From: Amoebidium appalachense | Taxonomy: Eukaryota; Protista; Ichthyosporea | Length of the DNA: 64,000 bases | NCBI GenBank assembly: GCA_963693365.1 | Contig: CAVNZM010000003.1 | Location: 11,877,651-11,941,650, forward strand | Reading direction: 5' to 3' | Part shown: piece by piece, positions 53,095-64,000 of the stretch | Numbering within the stretch: the stretch's first letter is position 1 | How the letters are laid out: the number at the start of each line of letters is the position of its first letter | The notes under the pieces: generated by a model | Told to the model about the DNA's origin: nothing | Seen by the model: only the letters and a program-made list of their open reading frames with translations | Database searches by the model: none | Translations under genes and position numbers: made by a program

Positions 53095-56000
53095 GTGTAT
53101 TTTATTTTGTGTTTGCTTGTTTTTCTTTCTTATTTCTTTCTTTCTTCCTTTTTTTTTTTTTTTTTTTGTGTTTGTGTGTGGAGAGGGGGGGAGGGGAGGG
53201 GGGGGGGGTTATACAGGAGGAATGTTGCTAGCCACACACACCTCAGCGTATGAATTAAGGGTTGAGCAAAGGAAGCCAAAGTGACTGGAGGAAACCATGC
53301 GGTGACCAACCATGATGCAGCCTCAAGCAGTATGTGGACACGTGGAAGGCAGCCATCGAGGAGCAGATCAGCATGCTGCTTGCACGTGCATCCAGGGCCT
53401 ATCACCAGGCATGTGCACACTGTGGACCCTGCACCTGCATGCTGGCCATGTGCTGACGGGGTGGGGCAGACAATGGACATGCTGGACACCGACCAGCTGG
53501 CCCGGGGCGGTGGTGCTGCCAGGCTGGGCCCCATTGCCGGCCACCCTCTATGTGACCACGGTGTGGTGAGCAGCATGCTGCATGCCCCCCGGCACACCCA
53601 CACCCCACTTTTGGCCTAATGCTGCTGCCTGCCACAGCCCGCACGAGTGTGTGCGGTGCGCAAGGACAACCAGAACAAGGGCCGGCAGTTCTACAGCTGT
53701 GGCAATCCCCAGGGTGGGCCCTGCGGCATGTTCAAGGTACACACTCAGGCCAGTGCTCAGTGCTGGGGGACCCTGTGTGCTGTTGCTGATGGGTGCTTGC
53801 AGTGGCTGGAGGAGCAGACCACAGGCAGGCGGGTGGTGGGCACATGGGCGGACCTGGAGCACACCATGCTGCGCAACGGCCTGCGGCTGTATGCTAACTG
53901 CCAGCTGGACACCAGGGCCCCAAAGGGTATGTGGCCCCGTGGTGGTGGCTGTGCCTAGTGCAAGCACTCACATGGCCATGCTAGGTGTGCCGCACCGCGA
54001 GGCAGCAACTGCAGGCCAACAACCACGCATGTGGCTGACACTATCACGGAAGGTACATACTGCGCAATCCGAATGGAAGCAGCACATGCATGTACTATCC
54101 CTCACTGTGTCCTGCACTGCTTGATATGGGGCACGTGAGCTTGTTGCTCAGTTGAACACATGCGATATTCCATGTGGCTACACATGGTACAGGGATGCTG
54201 GGCAAACCCGTTACCATTGGAAGCATAAGTCCCGTGGTTGAACTGGCTGCTGGCATGCAGTCCCCAAGGTGCAGCCTTGGCGCCTGGACCAAACCACCTG
54301 CTCATTCCGACTGCTTATCAGTCAGAGCCATTGCCACTGATAAAGCACGTGTGCAACAGCCTGACACGTGGCGCACAGGACAAGGGCAGCACATACTCCA
54401 AGCATGACCTGTGGGTGCTGTCAGACAACCCAGCCTTCAGCGGGCCAGTGCTGATAGCCCACAGTGTGTTCTACGGCCCCACCTCGTCTGGCCAGGTGTG
54501 TGCCCTGCTGGGGCTGTGGCCTGGCCCAGTGCTGACGCCATGCACAGGTCGAGCTGGAGCTGCTGGCTGGGCCCCGACCAAGCAGCATGCCCCTGGTGGG
54601 TTGGCCATGCAGACCCCCAGGCCTGTGTTGGGTGAAGGCATGTGGCTGAAGGGAGTGCAGGTGTTTGCCCTGCAGGTGGACAATGTGGCCACAGAGCTGG
54701 CCTGCCTGGCGGCCCTGGACAGGCTTCGGCCCACACTGCCCGTGCTGCCCTTCATGCTGCAGGGGGCCAGCCAGCAGCCCCTGGCCCAGCTGGGCTGCAG
54801 ACCGGGGCCCAGGCGGGTGCTGCAGGTCAGCCTGGAGGAGCGCTTTGACACAGCCGAGGAGCTGATCATGCAGGCACGTGCACCCCCCTGCAGGATGCGT
54901 GCCCGTGCACGTGCTCATGGCTGGGGTGCAGCACGGGCTTAATGCCGACCAGGCCCATGCCCTGCGCCGCTGTGCCGAGCTGATTCCCGTGGCCGACTCC
55001 ACACACAGCCCCGTGCCTGTGCTGCTGGTCCACGGGGTCTTTGGTGCCGGTACGTGCCCTGGCACCTGCAGTAGCCAATAGTGACACGGGGCTGACTGTA
55101 GGGGGTGCAGGCAAGAGCTTCCTGCTGGCCACCATGGCCCTGCTAGTGGCCCGGCTGCAGCAGCTGCACCGTCAGCGCACAGGGGAGGGGGGCCCGGGTG
55201 TGTTGGTCAGCTCAGCCACCAACGTGGCCGTGGACAACATCCTGCTGGGTTTGCTCGGTCTGGGCTGCACGGACTTTGTGCGGGTGGGCAGCCTCAAGAA
55301 GATAGCAACGACCATCCTGCCATACAGGTGGGTGCCCTGCTGGCCCAGGTGGTCTATGCTGGGGCTGACTGTTGGCTTGCAGTGTGCACAGCTCCACGTC
55401 CAGCCACGAGCTGCAGGACCTCAAGGACATGCTCAAGTCCGGTATGTGGCCCCCCTGTCTGGCCAGTGCCCTGCACGTGCTGCTGACTGGCCAACACAGA
55501 CACGCTGACTGCGGCTGAGGAGCAGAGTGTGCGCATGGCCCTGGACAGCCTGATGAAGTCAAACACAAAGGCCCGCCTGAATGAGGTGCGCCCTGCACCC
55601 TGCAGCTGGCACACGCATGTGGGTAGAGCCAGCTGACCGGGCCTGCAGGTGTCCATTGTGGGTGCCACATGTGCCGCCAGTGTGTTCCCCTGCCTCAAAG
55701 ACATCAGCTTCCCTGTAGGTGCTGGGTTAGGGTGCCTGCCTGTGCTGCTGGTGCCGGGCTAACCTTAGCTGCAGATTGTGATTCTGGACGAGTGCAGCCA
55801 GATCACAGAGCCTGCGGCCTGTGTGCCCATAGTCCAGGCCGGCTGTCAGACCTTGGTCGGTGTCCCCCTGTCCGGTTGCTGTCCGGTGGGCCATGCTGAC
55901 ATCACAGGGCATGCAGATCCTGGCCGGGGACCCCAAGCAGCTGCCCCCAACCGTGAGCGGCAGCGAGGGGGAGGGCCAGCAGGGGCTGGAGTTCACCCTG

Positions 56001-57497
56001 TTTGAGCGGCTGGCTGTTGGGGGCATTGAGCCCGTGCTGCTGCACACCCAGTACCGGTATGCCGTGGGTGCACGGGCAGCAGCATGCAGGGCCTGACACG
56101 GGGCTGCAGCTGCCACCCACTTATCAGTGGGCTGTGCTCGGCCCTGTTTTACGACAGCCAGCTGCGTGATGGCGTGGCCGAAGCCGACCGCCCAGCCCTG
56201 GTGGCCGGCCTGCCTGCCCTGTGCTTCCTGGATGCCTGGAGGGGCGCTGAGATGCAAGTGCCTGGCTCAGGTGCGCCCCTGGCCCTGGCATGGGTCCTGC
56301 TGCATGCTTGGGACCCTTGAGGGTGGCTTCTGAAGTGTTGGGCCAGGGAGTCTCAAGAACGAGCTGGAGGCAGCCACGGTGGCACGGCTGGTTCGATGGT
56401 GCGTGGCCCCTGCTGTGCCTCACTATGGTGGCTCATGAACGGGATGCTGATGGGGGGCACCTGCAGGCTGCTGGAGCTGGGCATGGAGGCCAGCAGCATC
56501 GGCATAGTGACCCTCTACAGGGCCCAGGCTGACTGGTGAGCATGCTGGAGGGGGGACCAGGTAGTGGGCAGCATGCTGACACTGGGCCCATTGCAGCATC
56601 CAGCAGAAGCTGGGCCCTAGCACGGGGATTCTGCTGTCCACCGTGGATGCCTTCCAGGGCGGCGAGAAGGACATCATCCTGTTCTCCCTGGTCCGCACAA
56701 ACCCTCAGACGGGCTTTGCTGACTCCCCCCGCCGAATCAATGTGGCCCTGAGCAGAGCTCGAAGGTGCACACATCAAACTCCCAGTGATGGTTTGCGACT
56801 GTGAACGCCATAGTTAATATTATTTATGTGCTGTGTGTTTTGTGCTTTGTCTTTTGACCCAATTAACACCCCTACCATCCGGCTGACCCTGCATACACAA
56901 TATGCTTGCCAAAACGACCTGCACCCAACATGGACACCGAGCTCACGGATATGATCAAAAAGCCCGTCTAGGTTAGACTTGGCGATTTGTGAAGACCAAG
57001 CAAGGGGTTGGAGTCGGTGGGACCTCTTTGGTGCACTGGCAAGGGCATGGGTACTGAGCGGTGTGGAGCAGGCACCTGCTGGTGGTGGGCCACTACAAGT
57101 GTCTGGCACAGAACACCCTCTGGCAGAAGGTCATCGCCACATGCAAAGGCAAGCGCCCCCGCATATCACTCACATTTGAACCCTGGCTCCCTCCTCTGAC
57201 ATTAAATGTCGAAGCGTCGCCATGCGCACAAGCACGTGTAGCGATGCACACCACACCTGGGCCCTTGCTTCCCTACCATGCATGCGTACCTACATGGTCT
57301 GACAAGCATCTGCACCCGCAGAGGTTCCGGGGGGCCTGCAGGATGCCGAGGACTTCCCACCCCCCCACCTGCACATGGCTGCATCAGTTCCGGCCACCCC
57401 AAGCCGCACGGACCAGGCCCCAGACTTCGATCTGGGTGCAAGTGAGGATAGCTTGGCTGACCATGGTGATGACATGCTGGGCCAGCAATGGGATTGA
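51166..57497 (+). CDS. ZGRF1: ZGRF1-like DNA helicase (DUF2439 + GRF zinc finger + UPF1-like SF1 helicase), multi-exon
   Basis: N-terminal [21 protein letters not shown] (DUF2439). GRF finger LCDHG...[15 protein letters not shown]...CGMFKW. Helicase motifs [77 protein letters not shown]. Probable stop TGA at 57495-57497. Confidence 0.93.
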
Positions 57498-58226
57498 TAT
57501 AACACAGTGCTTGGGTGCCTGTCAGATGCTACACATGGCATGTAAGCAATGTAGCGGGTGCTTGTGAATATGCTGAGATGTACACGAATGACCTCAAATG
57601 CGCGTATGTAGTCGGTATGAAGGTGCACATTGGCTACTCGATGAAAAAAAAAAAATGTCAAAAGCGAATGGTGGGAATTGTGTACAACATGTGGCAGCAC
57701 TAATTTAGCAGTGCACTGTGCCTGGGCTGGTCCCGATCACGTGATGTGTGTGCTTCCAATGCAGCAACCATGGCCACAGCTAAACGCCATGGTCCAATGA
57801 CTAATGTTGCCAGAATATGCAAATTCTGATTCAAGCATGTGTTGTGTCCCCCACACACAACACAAAACTACCCTGTGCTTCTTCTGTGACCCTATTCAAC
57901 AGGACATTGCAAGGCGCTTACAAGATACAACATATACCCTCAGGGACCACTGTTTGTGTAGATGCATCATAGATGTGGCTGGGTACAGTGCACCCAACCA
58001 ACCACTGTAGATCTGAGTGTACAATGCGAGTCCGTGCAGAAAAATTAATATTCTACAGTTTTGACGGGATCTTACGGCAATCAGAGCAGGAGACAGCCAT
58101 TTGTACCCATGATCTTTGGGGGGGGAAAGAGTGAGGAAGGGATATCGACGATCACTTACTGCCGGGGAGGTGTTAAGTCTGTAAGGGGGGAAGATGGGTA
58201 CACGTGGGGTGGGTGAGTGTTGCGGG

Positions 58227-58257
<31 letters not shown>

Positions 58258-58314
58258 GGGGGGGGGGATGACCTGGATTCTTAACTTCGGTGATTGACGG
58301 ACATTTATAGGCTG

Positions 58315-58355
<41 letters not shown>

Positions 58356-58961
58356 CTGGGCTATTTGAATTTACACTAAGATGGTCCCAACGACGGAATC
58401 TCAGTTGTCGTAAAATTGATGTATACGGAATCTTAGCAATGGATGATCTTCTGCGCGGACGGACACTGTACAGCGCTACGCCCCCACCCTTCCCACCTCA
58501 TGCGGCCCTGTGACGTACGTATCCTACATGCACCTCCACTCCAACAGCTCGGCACGGCACGGAACACGCACACCATCATATATACCCCCACGCATATGCA
58601 TGGCCATGATATTCAGCGCCCAATGGTTACACGTCAACCCTGGGCCCCCCGCGTATACACTGCAGCCTGTCAGTGATCGATCAACACAATGTTGTGCCCA
58701 TGTATGCACCGGTAGCCTATATGTAGGCTCTGTGGCCGTAGGCCGGGAGCCGTACCCACGTCGTAAAAGTATCATCTGACAGTGAATGACTATTAGTGCA
58801 GTGACGCACGCGCGTATTGTAAGTTGCCCAGCCAGAGTTTCCAGGCCATCGTTGCAACCTCTAATGTAGCACGGCCCTCCACAGAGTAGCCAGCTTGAAC
58901 ACACGGACACGATGTGCCAAAAGCACAGTGAGTGTGTGATGCAGGGTGGCACTGTGCTAAA

Positions 58962-59188
58962 ACTTATAGCCCCAATCTCCTGCACTAGATATGTACAGTA
59001 TCCGTATATGCAGTGATACTTATAGCCCCAATCTCCTGCACTAGATATGTACAGTATCCGTATATGCAGTGATACTTATAGCTCCAATCTCCTGCACTAG
59101 ATATGTACAGTATCCGTATATGCAGTGATACTTATAGCCCCAATATCCTGCACTAGATATGTACAGTATCCGTATATGCAGTGATACT
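58962..59188. repeat. 56-bp tandem repeat x4
   Basis: ACTTATAGCCCCAATCTCCTGCACTAGATATGTACAGTATCCGTATATGCAGTGAT; four head-to-tail units with single substitutions in units 3 and 4. Confidence 0.96.
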
Positions 59189-60235
59189 GTGGGTTAACTC
59201 TTCAATGGCTAATGACTATATCGTGGCATGACCCGTACCCATGCGCGTAAACCATCATCGATCAGATGTGTGTGCAATAGTACCAGTGACTAGCTATAGT
59301 CTGCACCAGCTATTATTGACAGTGTTATCACGGATAATTTCCTGCACCAACTGCCATGATATCACGGATAAACCCTGTACTCCCGAATTACGATGTCACA
59401 TGGCCAACAGACCTAAGCCCCTCCACCTCCGGGAATCCCAAGCGACCAAGTGACCCTGCCCCTGTGCAAGTGTTATTGCACCACGATTATCTTGTGAATC
59501 GATGCCTTGCCCAAGCTCGTTTCCCCCTCTACATTCTTGCAAACTGGCAAGCAAGGAACATGGCTGTGTGCTGTGGCTCAGAAAAGTACAAGGTGCTCGT
59601 CTTCTGCTGCACAAAAGGAGGGGCCCAAAAAAGGCCCGGCTGCAGCATGAAAGGAACACTCCAGGCAACTACTTGGATCACGGTGGCCTAGAAGGGATGT
59701 ATAGTTGTCAACGGTCGTCAACCAGCTAAGAGCTTGATCTTTCTCTCTGTATTCTGGATTGGCCTGTGTTAACTGGCAGACTGTGACGTATGTCTGTGCT
59801 GAGTATCCATGATAGCAAACCCTCGTGAACGTGCTGGTTGTTTTTTTCCCTTTCCTTTCTTTTCTTTTTCCTTTCCTTTCCTTTTTTCTCTTTTCTCTTT
59901 CTTTCTTTCTTTTTCTGTTGTTTTTTTTTTTTTTTGGTTGTTTGTCACAAAAGTTCTTTTTTTCTTTTTTTGGGTCCAGCGAGAGGGGGGGAGCACGGGG
60001 ACACACTCTTGAAAGGCTGGGAAAATATTTAGAGTATACCTGAAGACTCAACCCGTGCAAACTTGCACGACCACAATACATTGTGGACATTCACATTACT
60101 GCTCACTATCTACTGTGTGCGCTGCACCAAGTCCAGCATACATACACTAGAGTCATTCTAGACGGTTACAATGTCAGCCTGGGGCTTTGACCTTCGACTA
60201 TGCTGCACTACCCCCACACCTTCATGCATACAAGT

Positions 60236-60270
<35 letters not shown>

Positions 60271-60287
60271 TTCTTTTTTTTTTTATT

Positions 60288-61108
60288 TTATTTGTCACAT
60301 GCCCTGACCAGTGCCTCTAGTTCCACCAGGTGGTCATCATGTGCCTCAGGGCCCAGGTCCCTCATGGCCTGGCACAGACGATACAGGTACTCCTTGTTGC
60401 TGCCGCTGGGCCCTAAGGGCACACACAGTCAGTGCCTGCAAGCAACCATGCCATACTGCACTCACACCGCCCACCCATATTCTCGACAATTTCTTATTGA
60501 AGCTATCTATACCTTCAACCCCTCCGCCACCAAATTTCCTACTTCTTTTGTATTTCTAAATTTGTGTCTTACTCTTCTTGCACGAAGATATGTTGGGCCG
60601 GTTATATAGAAAACTCCCGGGGGACAGGGTGGGATTTGAAAGGGGCAAGTTTAAAGGCACATCAACATGAACAACACAACCCAATATATCTTACAAAGCG
60701 CACACAGAGAATATGCATCGTAGGTAGAACCCATCCTCACTGGGAAAGGGGGGGGAGGGGGTGTCTTTTACAGGACATGGAGGGGGGAGGGGGGGGGGGG
60801 GGCACCAAAAGACCATGCCCCAATCTATGACTGAAACGGCACATGCGGGGATAATAACGACCGTGCACCCCAGGCAAAGCATCATTTGTGTGCACTGTGT
60901 GTTTGTGTGTGTGTGTGTGTGTTGGTATCAGACACCCAAAGTACCTGCATGAGTGCATAAAGCGAGAGATGATGTGTGTGTGTGTGTGTGTTTGCCAGTG
61001 TGTATGTGCCGGTGTGTGTTGGTATCAGACGCGCAAAACTCTGCTTGATTACTGTATGTGTGTGTGTGTGTGTGCGTGTGTGTGTGTGCGTGTGTATGTA
61101 CATATGTA

Positions 61109-61176
<68 letters not shown>

Positions 61177-61206
61177 GTATGTATGTGAGTGTGTGTGGAT
61201 TTTTTT

Positions 61207-61261
<55 letters not shown>

Positions 61262-62080
61262 GCGCAGACGAATGGGGAACTGATTGCGTGCAGATCTTCA
61301 GTAGCCAAACTGCCACAGACTCGACTCACGCCTAACAATCCACACCCACTCCACCCCTCCATCCCCCCTCCCCTGCCCACCTTCAACAGCACCTGCACCT
61401 GCCAACCCCCCCCACCCCCCCCCCCACCACCCACACACCTGTGGACCTGTATATCTGTGTTGCTATCTGCTCGAGGGGTGCAGGGCCCAAATACTCCGCA
61501 TTCTGCTGTGTGGCTATGTACAGCAGCACCTGCAGCCCCCCCAGCCCACTGTCCCGTGCCTCAAACTGTGCCGTCTTCATCACATACCCCCCTGAAGGAC
61601 ACCCAAAGCTCAGTGCCCAGCCCCCCCTCCCCCCGGTCGGCCCAGGGGCCGCACCTTCTCCCGGTAGTCCAGGTATGCCAGCACGTCCTGCACGTGCTCC
61701 GCTGCCACCCGGTATGCCACCCCCCACGTGCAGCCCTGCAGCCCCCGTCAGCATACGAGCCCCCACCCCACCTCCAATACCACCACAAGGCCACCCACCT
61801 CGCAGTCTTCCAGCAGGGTCACCACCCTACCCGGTGCCCCAGGCACCCCTCTGTGGTCCGTGCTGCCCTGCACCACCCCCGGTGAGCATCTGGGTGCCGC
61901 GTGACCTTAGCACCCAGCCTGCACACGCACCTGCCAGAAGCGCCGCTTGTAGCCCAGCACACGGCCCACGCGGGTCTCCAGGGGTGGGTGGGGCAGCTCA
62001 GGCCGCCACACCAGCGACCCGTAGCCAAACACCCACAGCTCCCCCCCTACTGCCCCACTTGTGGCCCCCCCACCGGTCAT
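60288..62080 (-). CDS. ChaC: ChaC-family glutathione-specific gamma-glutamylcyclotransferase (about 5 exons)
   Basis: GCCACC-ATG at 62080. [13 protein letters not shown]...GYKRRFWQ / [21 protein letters not shown] / [10 protein letters not shown]...YLDYREK / GYV...[24 protein letters not shown] / [18 protein letters not shown]...[10 protein letters not shown]. The exact 3' end could include one more exon. Confidence 0.93.
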
Positions 62081-62275
62081 GGTGGCTGCGTGCCCCCGTG
62101 CAGTCCTGTGTATCTTCACAAAGTGCCCACCCTCGTGCCCTGCAGTGTGGCACCCTGGCCCTGGCCTTGTGTGCCTTGTATGCGTGGTGCCTGCCGCACA
62201 GGCCCTGCTTGCAGTGGTCGGCCACGGTGGCTGAGTGTCCACAGGGTGCCCTGTGCATGCATGTGTATGCTCTGC

Positions 62276-62768
62276 ATGGCGCCGCTGCACTTCATGATCA
62301 TGGGCCCGGCCGCTTGCGAGCGGCTCAGCGATTGCGTTATCCCCTCGGCGACGAGTGCCCACAGTCCCAGTGGGACCGACCGTCACTCGGCCTTAGTGTT
62401 CGTGAGCAAACGGAGGTGCCGTTAGCGTTGTCCACAGCCCCTGTGTATGCCTGCCAGCCCACCGCCGCACAGCCGTCCCCGCCCTAGTAGCACACTAGCA
62501 CGGCCACGGCTTGTGCCTGTTTCCGGCCTACCCGTGGGCCTGTGTGGCCATGCTGCTCTCGGCCCCAGCCAGCCCCAGGGCCCTGGCAGACCCGTGGGGC
62601 TACGCCCTGGCCCGCCACTGGCTGCTGACCGGCCAGCTGGCTGCCTGCCTGGCCCCTGCCGACCTGGCCGCAGCTACGGCCGCCCTGGCCACCAAGGAGA
62701 CATGGCGCAAGCTGCTGCAGCCGCCGAGGGTATGGACAGGGTGGTGGTGGGTGGGTGGGTGGGTGGGT

Positions 62769-62833
<65 letters not shown>

Positions 62834-64000
62834 TATATAGCGAAAGGGAGCCAACTGAGGGCGGCTGCAGGGGCAGGAGGATAACGAGGACAGTGTGGGG
62901 GCACTGCGGCTGCTGCTGGCCCGACTGGTGGCCGAGGCCCACTGCAGCCTGCTGGCTGGGTCGGGCCACGGCCAAGGGGCCTGGCTGGGGGGCAGCGGGG
63001 CAGCGACGCTGGAGACGGACCAGAGAGACTGGGCACTGGCCGACCAGCCTCACTGGCTGGCTGGCGCTGCTAGCCTCGTCCAGCCCCCACCACAGGCCCC
63101 CACTATGGACCTAAATAAGGACCTCAACCTGGACCCTAGCTTGGACCCCGTTTTGGACCCTGCTTTGGACCCCACTGTGGACCCTACTTCTTTGGACCCC
63201 AGTGTGTCGGGGGTCTCTGAGCTAGCAGCCAGTTCGCTGCCGCCAATACCAAGTCTGGAGGACCTGGGCCATGGCCTGGTACGTGAGGTGGTATGGTGGT
63301 GGGGGTGGGCTTGGGGGTAGTGATAGTTGATGGTGGTGGTGGTGGCAGTGGTGGTGGTTGGGGAAGGGGGGGGGGGGAGGGGGGGGGGGGGGGGACGGGG
63401 TGCAGGGGAGGTGGGGGGGGGGTAGGGGGTGGTTGGGGTGGGAGGGAGGGGGGGGAGTTGTGGTGGTGCTGGTGGTGGGTAGGGAGGGGAGGGGGAGGGG
63501 GGCAGGAGGGGGTGGTTGGGGGGAGGGAGCTGAAAGTTGTGGTAGTGCTGGTGTTGGTGGGGGGAGGGGGGGGGATTGGGGAGGGCTTGTGTGTGCGTGG
63601 GGCTTGTGTGTGTGTGTTTGGGAAGAGGTTGGGGAGGGGGGGGAGGGGGGAAACTGAAGGGATTGTGGTTGTTGTGGTGGTGGTGGTGAGGGGCTGGGAG
63701 GGGAGGGGAGGCGAGGGGGGCACGGTCCTGAGGCTTTGTGTTCACAGGACGAGCTAGACACTGAGGCGCTGCTGCTGGCGCTGGCCGAGACAATACCACC
63801 CCCAGGCCTCAGGTGCACATGCAGCCCCCCTCAGGCATAGGTGGGGCCAGTGAGTGGGTCTCTGTGGCTGATAGGGTGTCTGCAGGCCCGTCAACTGGGT
63901 GGCTGCGGCCGGCAGACTGGCTGAGTGCCGCACAGCAGAGGAGTGCCTGGCAGAGGTCAAGAAGGTGTGTGTGTGCGTGTGTGTGCGTGTGTGTGTGCGT
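62276..64000 (+). CDS. Multi-exon gene of unknown function, 3' end outside window; possible SANT/Myb-like segment
   Basis: Exon-like GC-rich segments with AG/GT borders (~62490-62729, 62876-63278, 63748-63812, 63886-63964). The last two give DELDTEALLLALAE...VNWVAAAGRLAECRTAEECLAEVKK. Start codon uncertain. Confidence 0.5.

Noticed and set aside
58962-59188. CRISPR array
   Set aside because: Head-to-tail units with no unique spacers, no cas genes, eukaryotic context.

Overview
Eukaryotic genomic DNA, probably a protist or other unicellular eukaryote; the taxon cannot be determined from this window. It has two halves. The first (~1-31.5 kb) is a nest of transposable elements. It is dominated by tyrosine-recombinase (YR) retrotransposons of the DIRS order with Ngaro/PAT-type split direct repeats (A1-gag-RT/RH-YR-B1-A2-spacer-B2): three near-full copies (7332-13422 +, 13447-17599 -, 20299-25375 +) plus fragments of at least three families. 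All three families share one ~30-bp terminal motif and join their targets through a 1-2 nt AA/AT overlap with no TSD. This half also holds a young 3.55-kb non-autonomous LTR element (27991-31542), a solo LTR of that family inside the RT of YR copy 1, and an intron-containing P-element/THAP9-type transposase remnant. The second half (~31.6-64 kb) is intron-rich host genes: a Munc13/UNC-13-like MUN-domain gene, ZGRF1, a ChaC gamma-glutamylcyclotransferase and unidentified genes. Their introns are mostly ~55-60 nt, with CTGAC-type branch points, little polypyrimidine tract and several GC donors. Exon structures were read by eye, so coordinates of spliced genes are spans, not exact models. No database searches were run.
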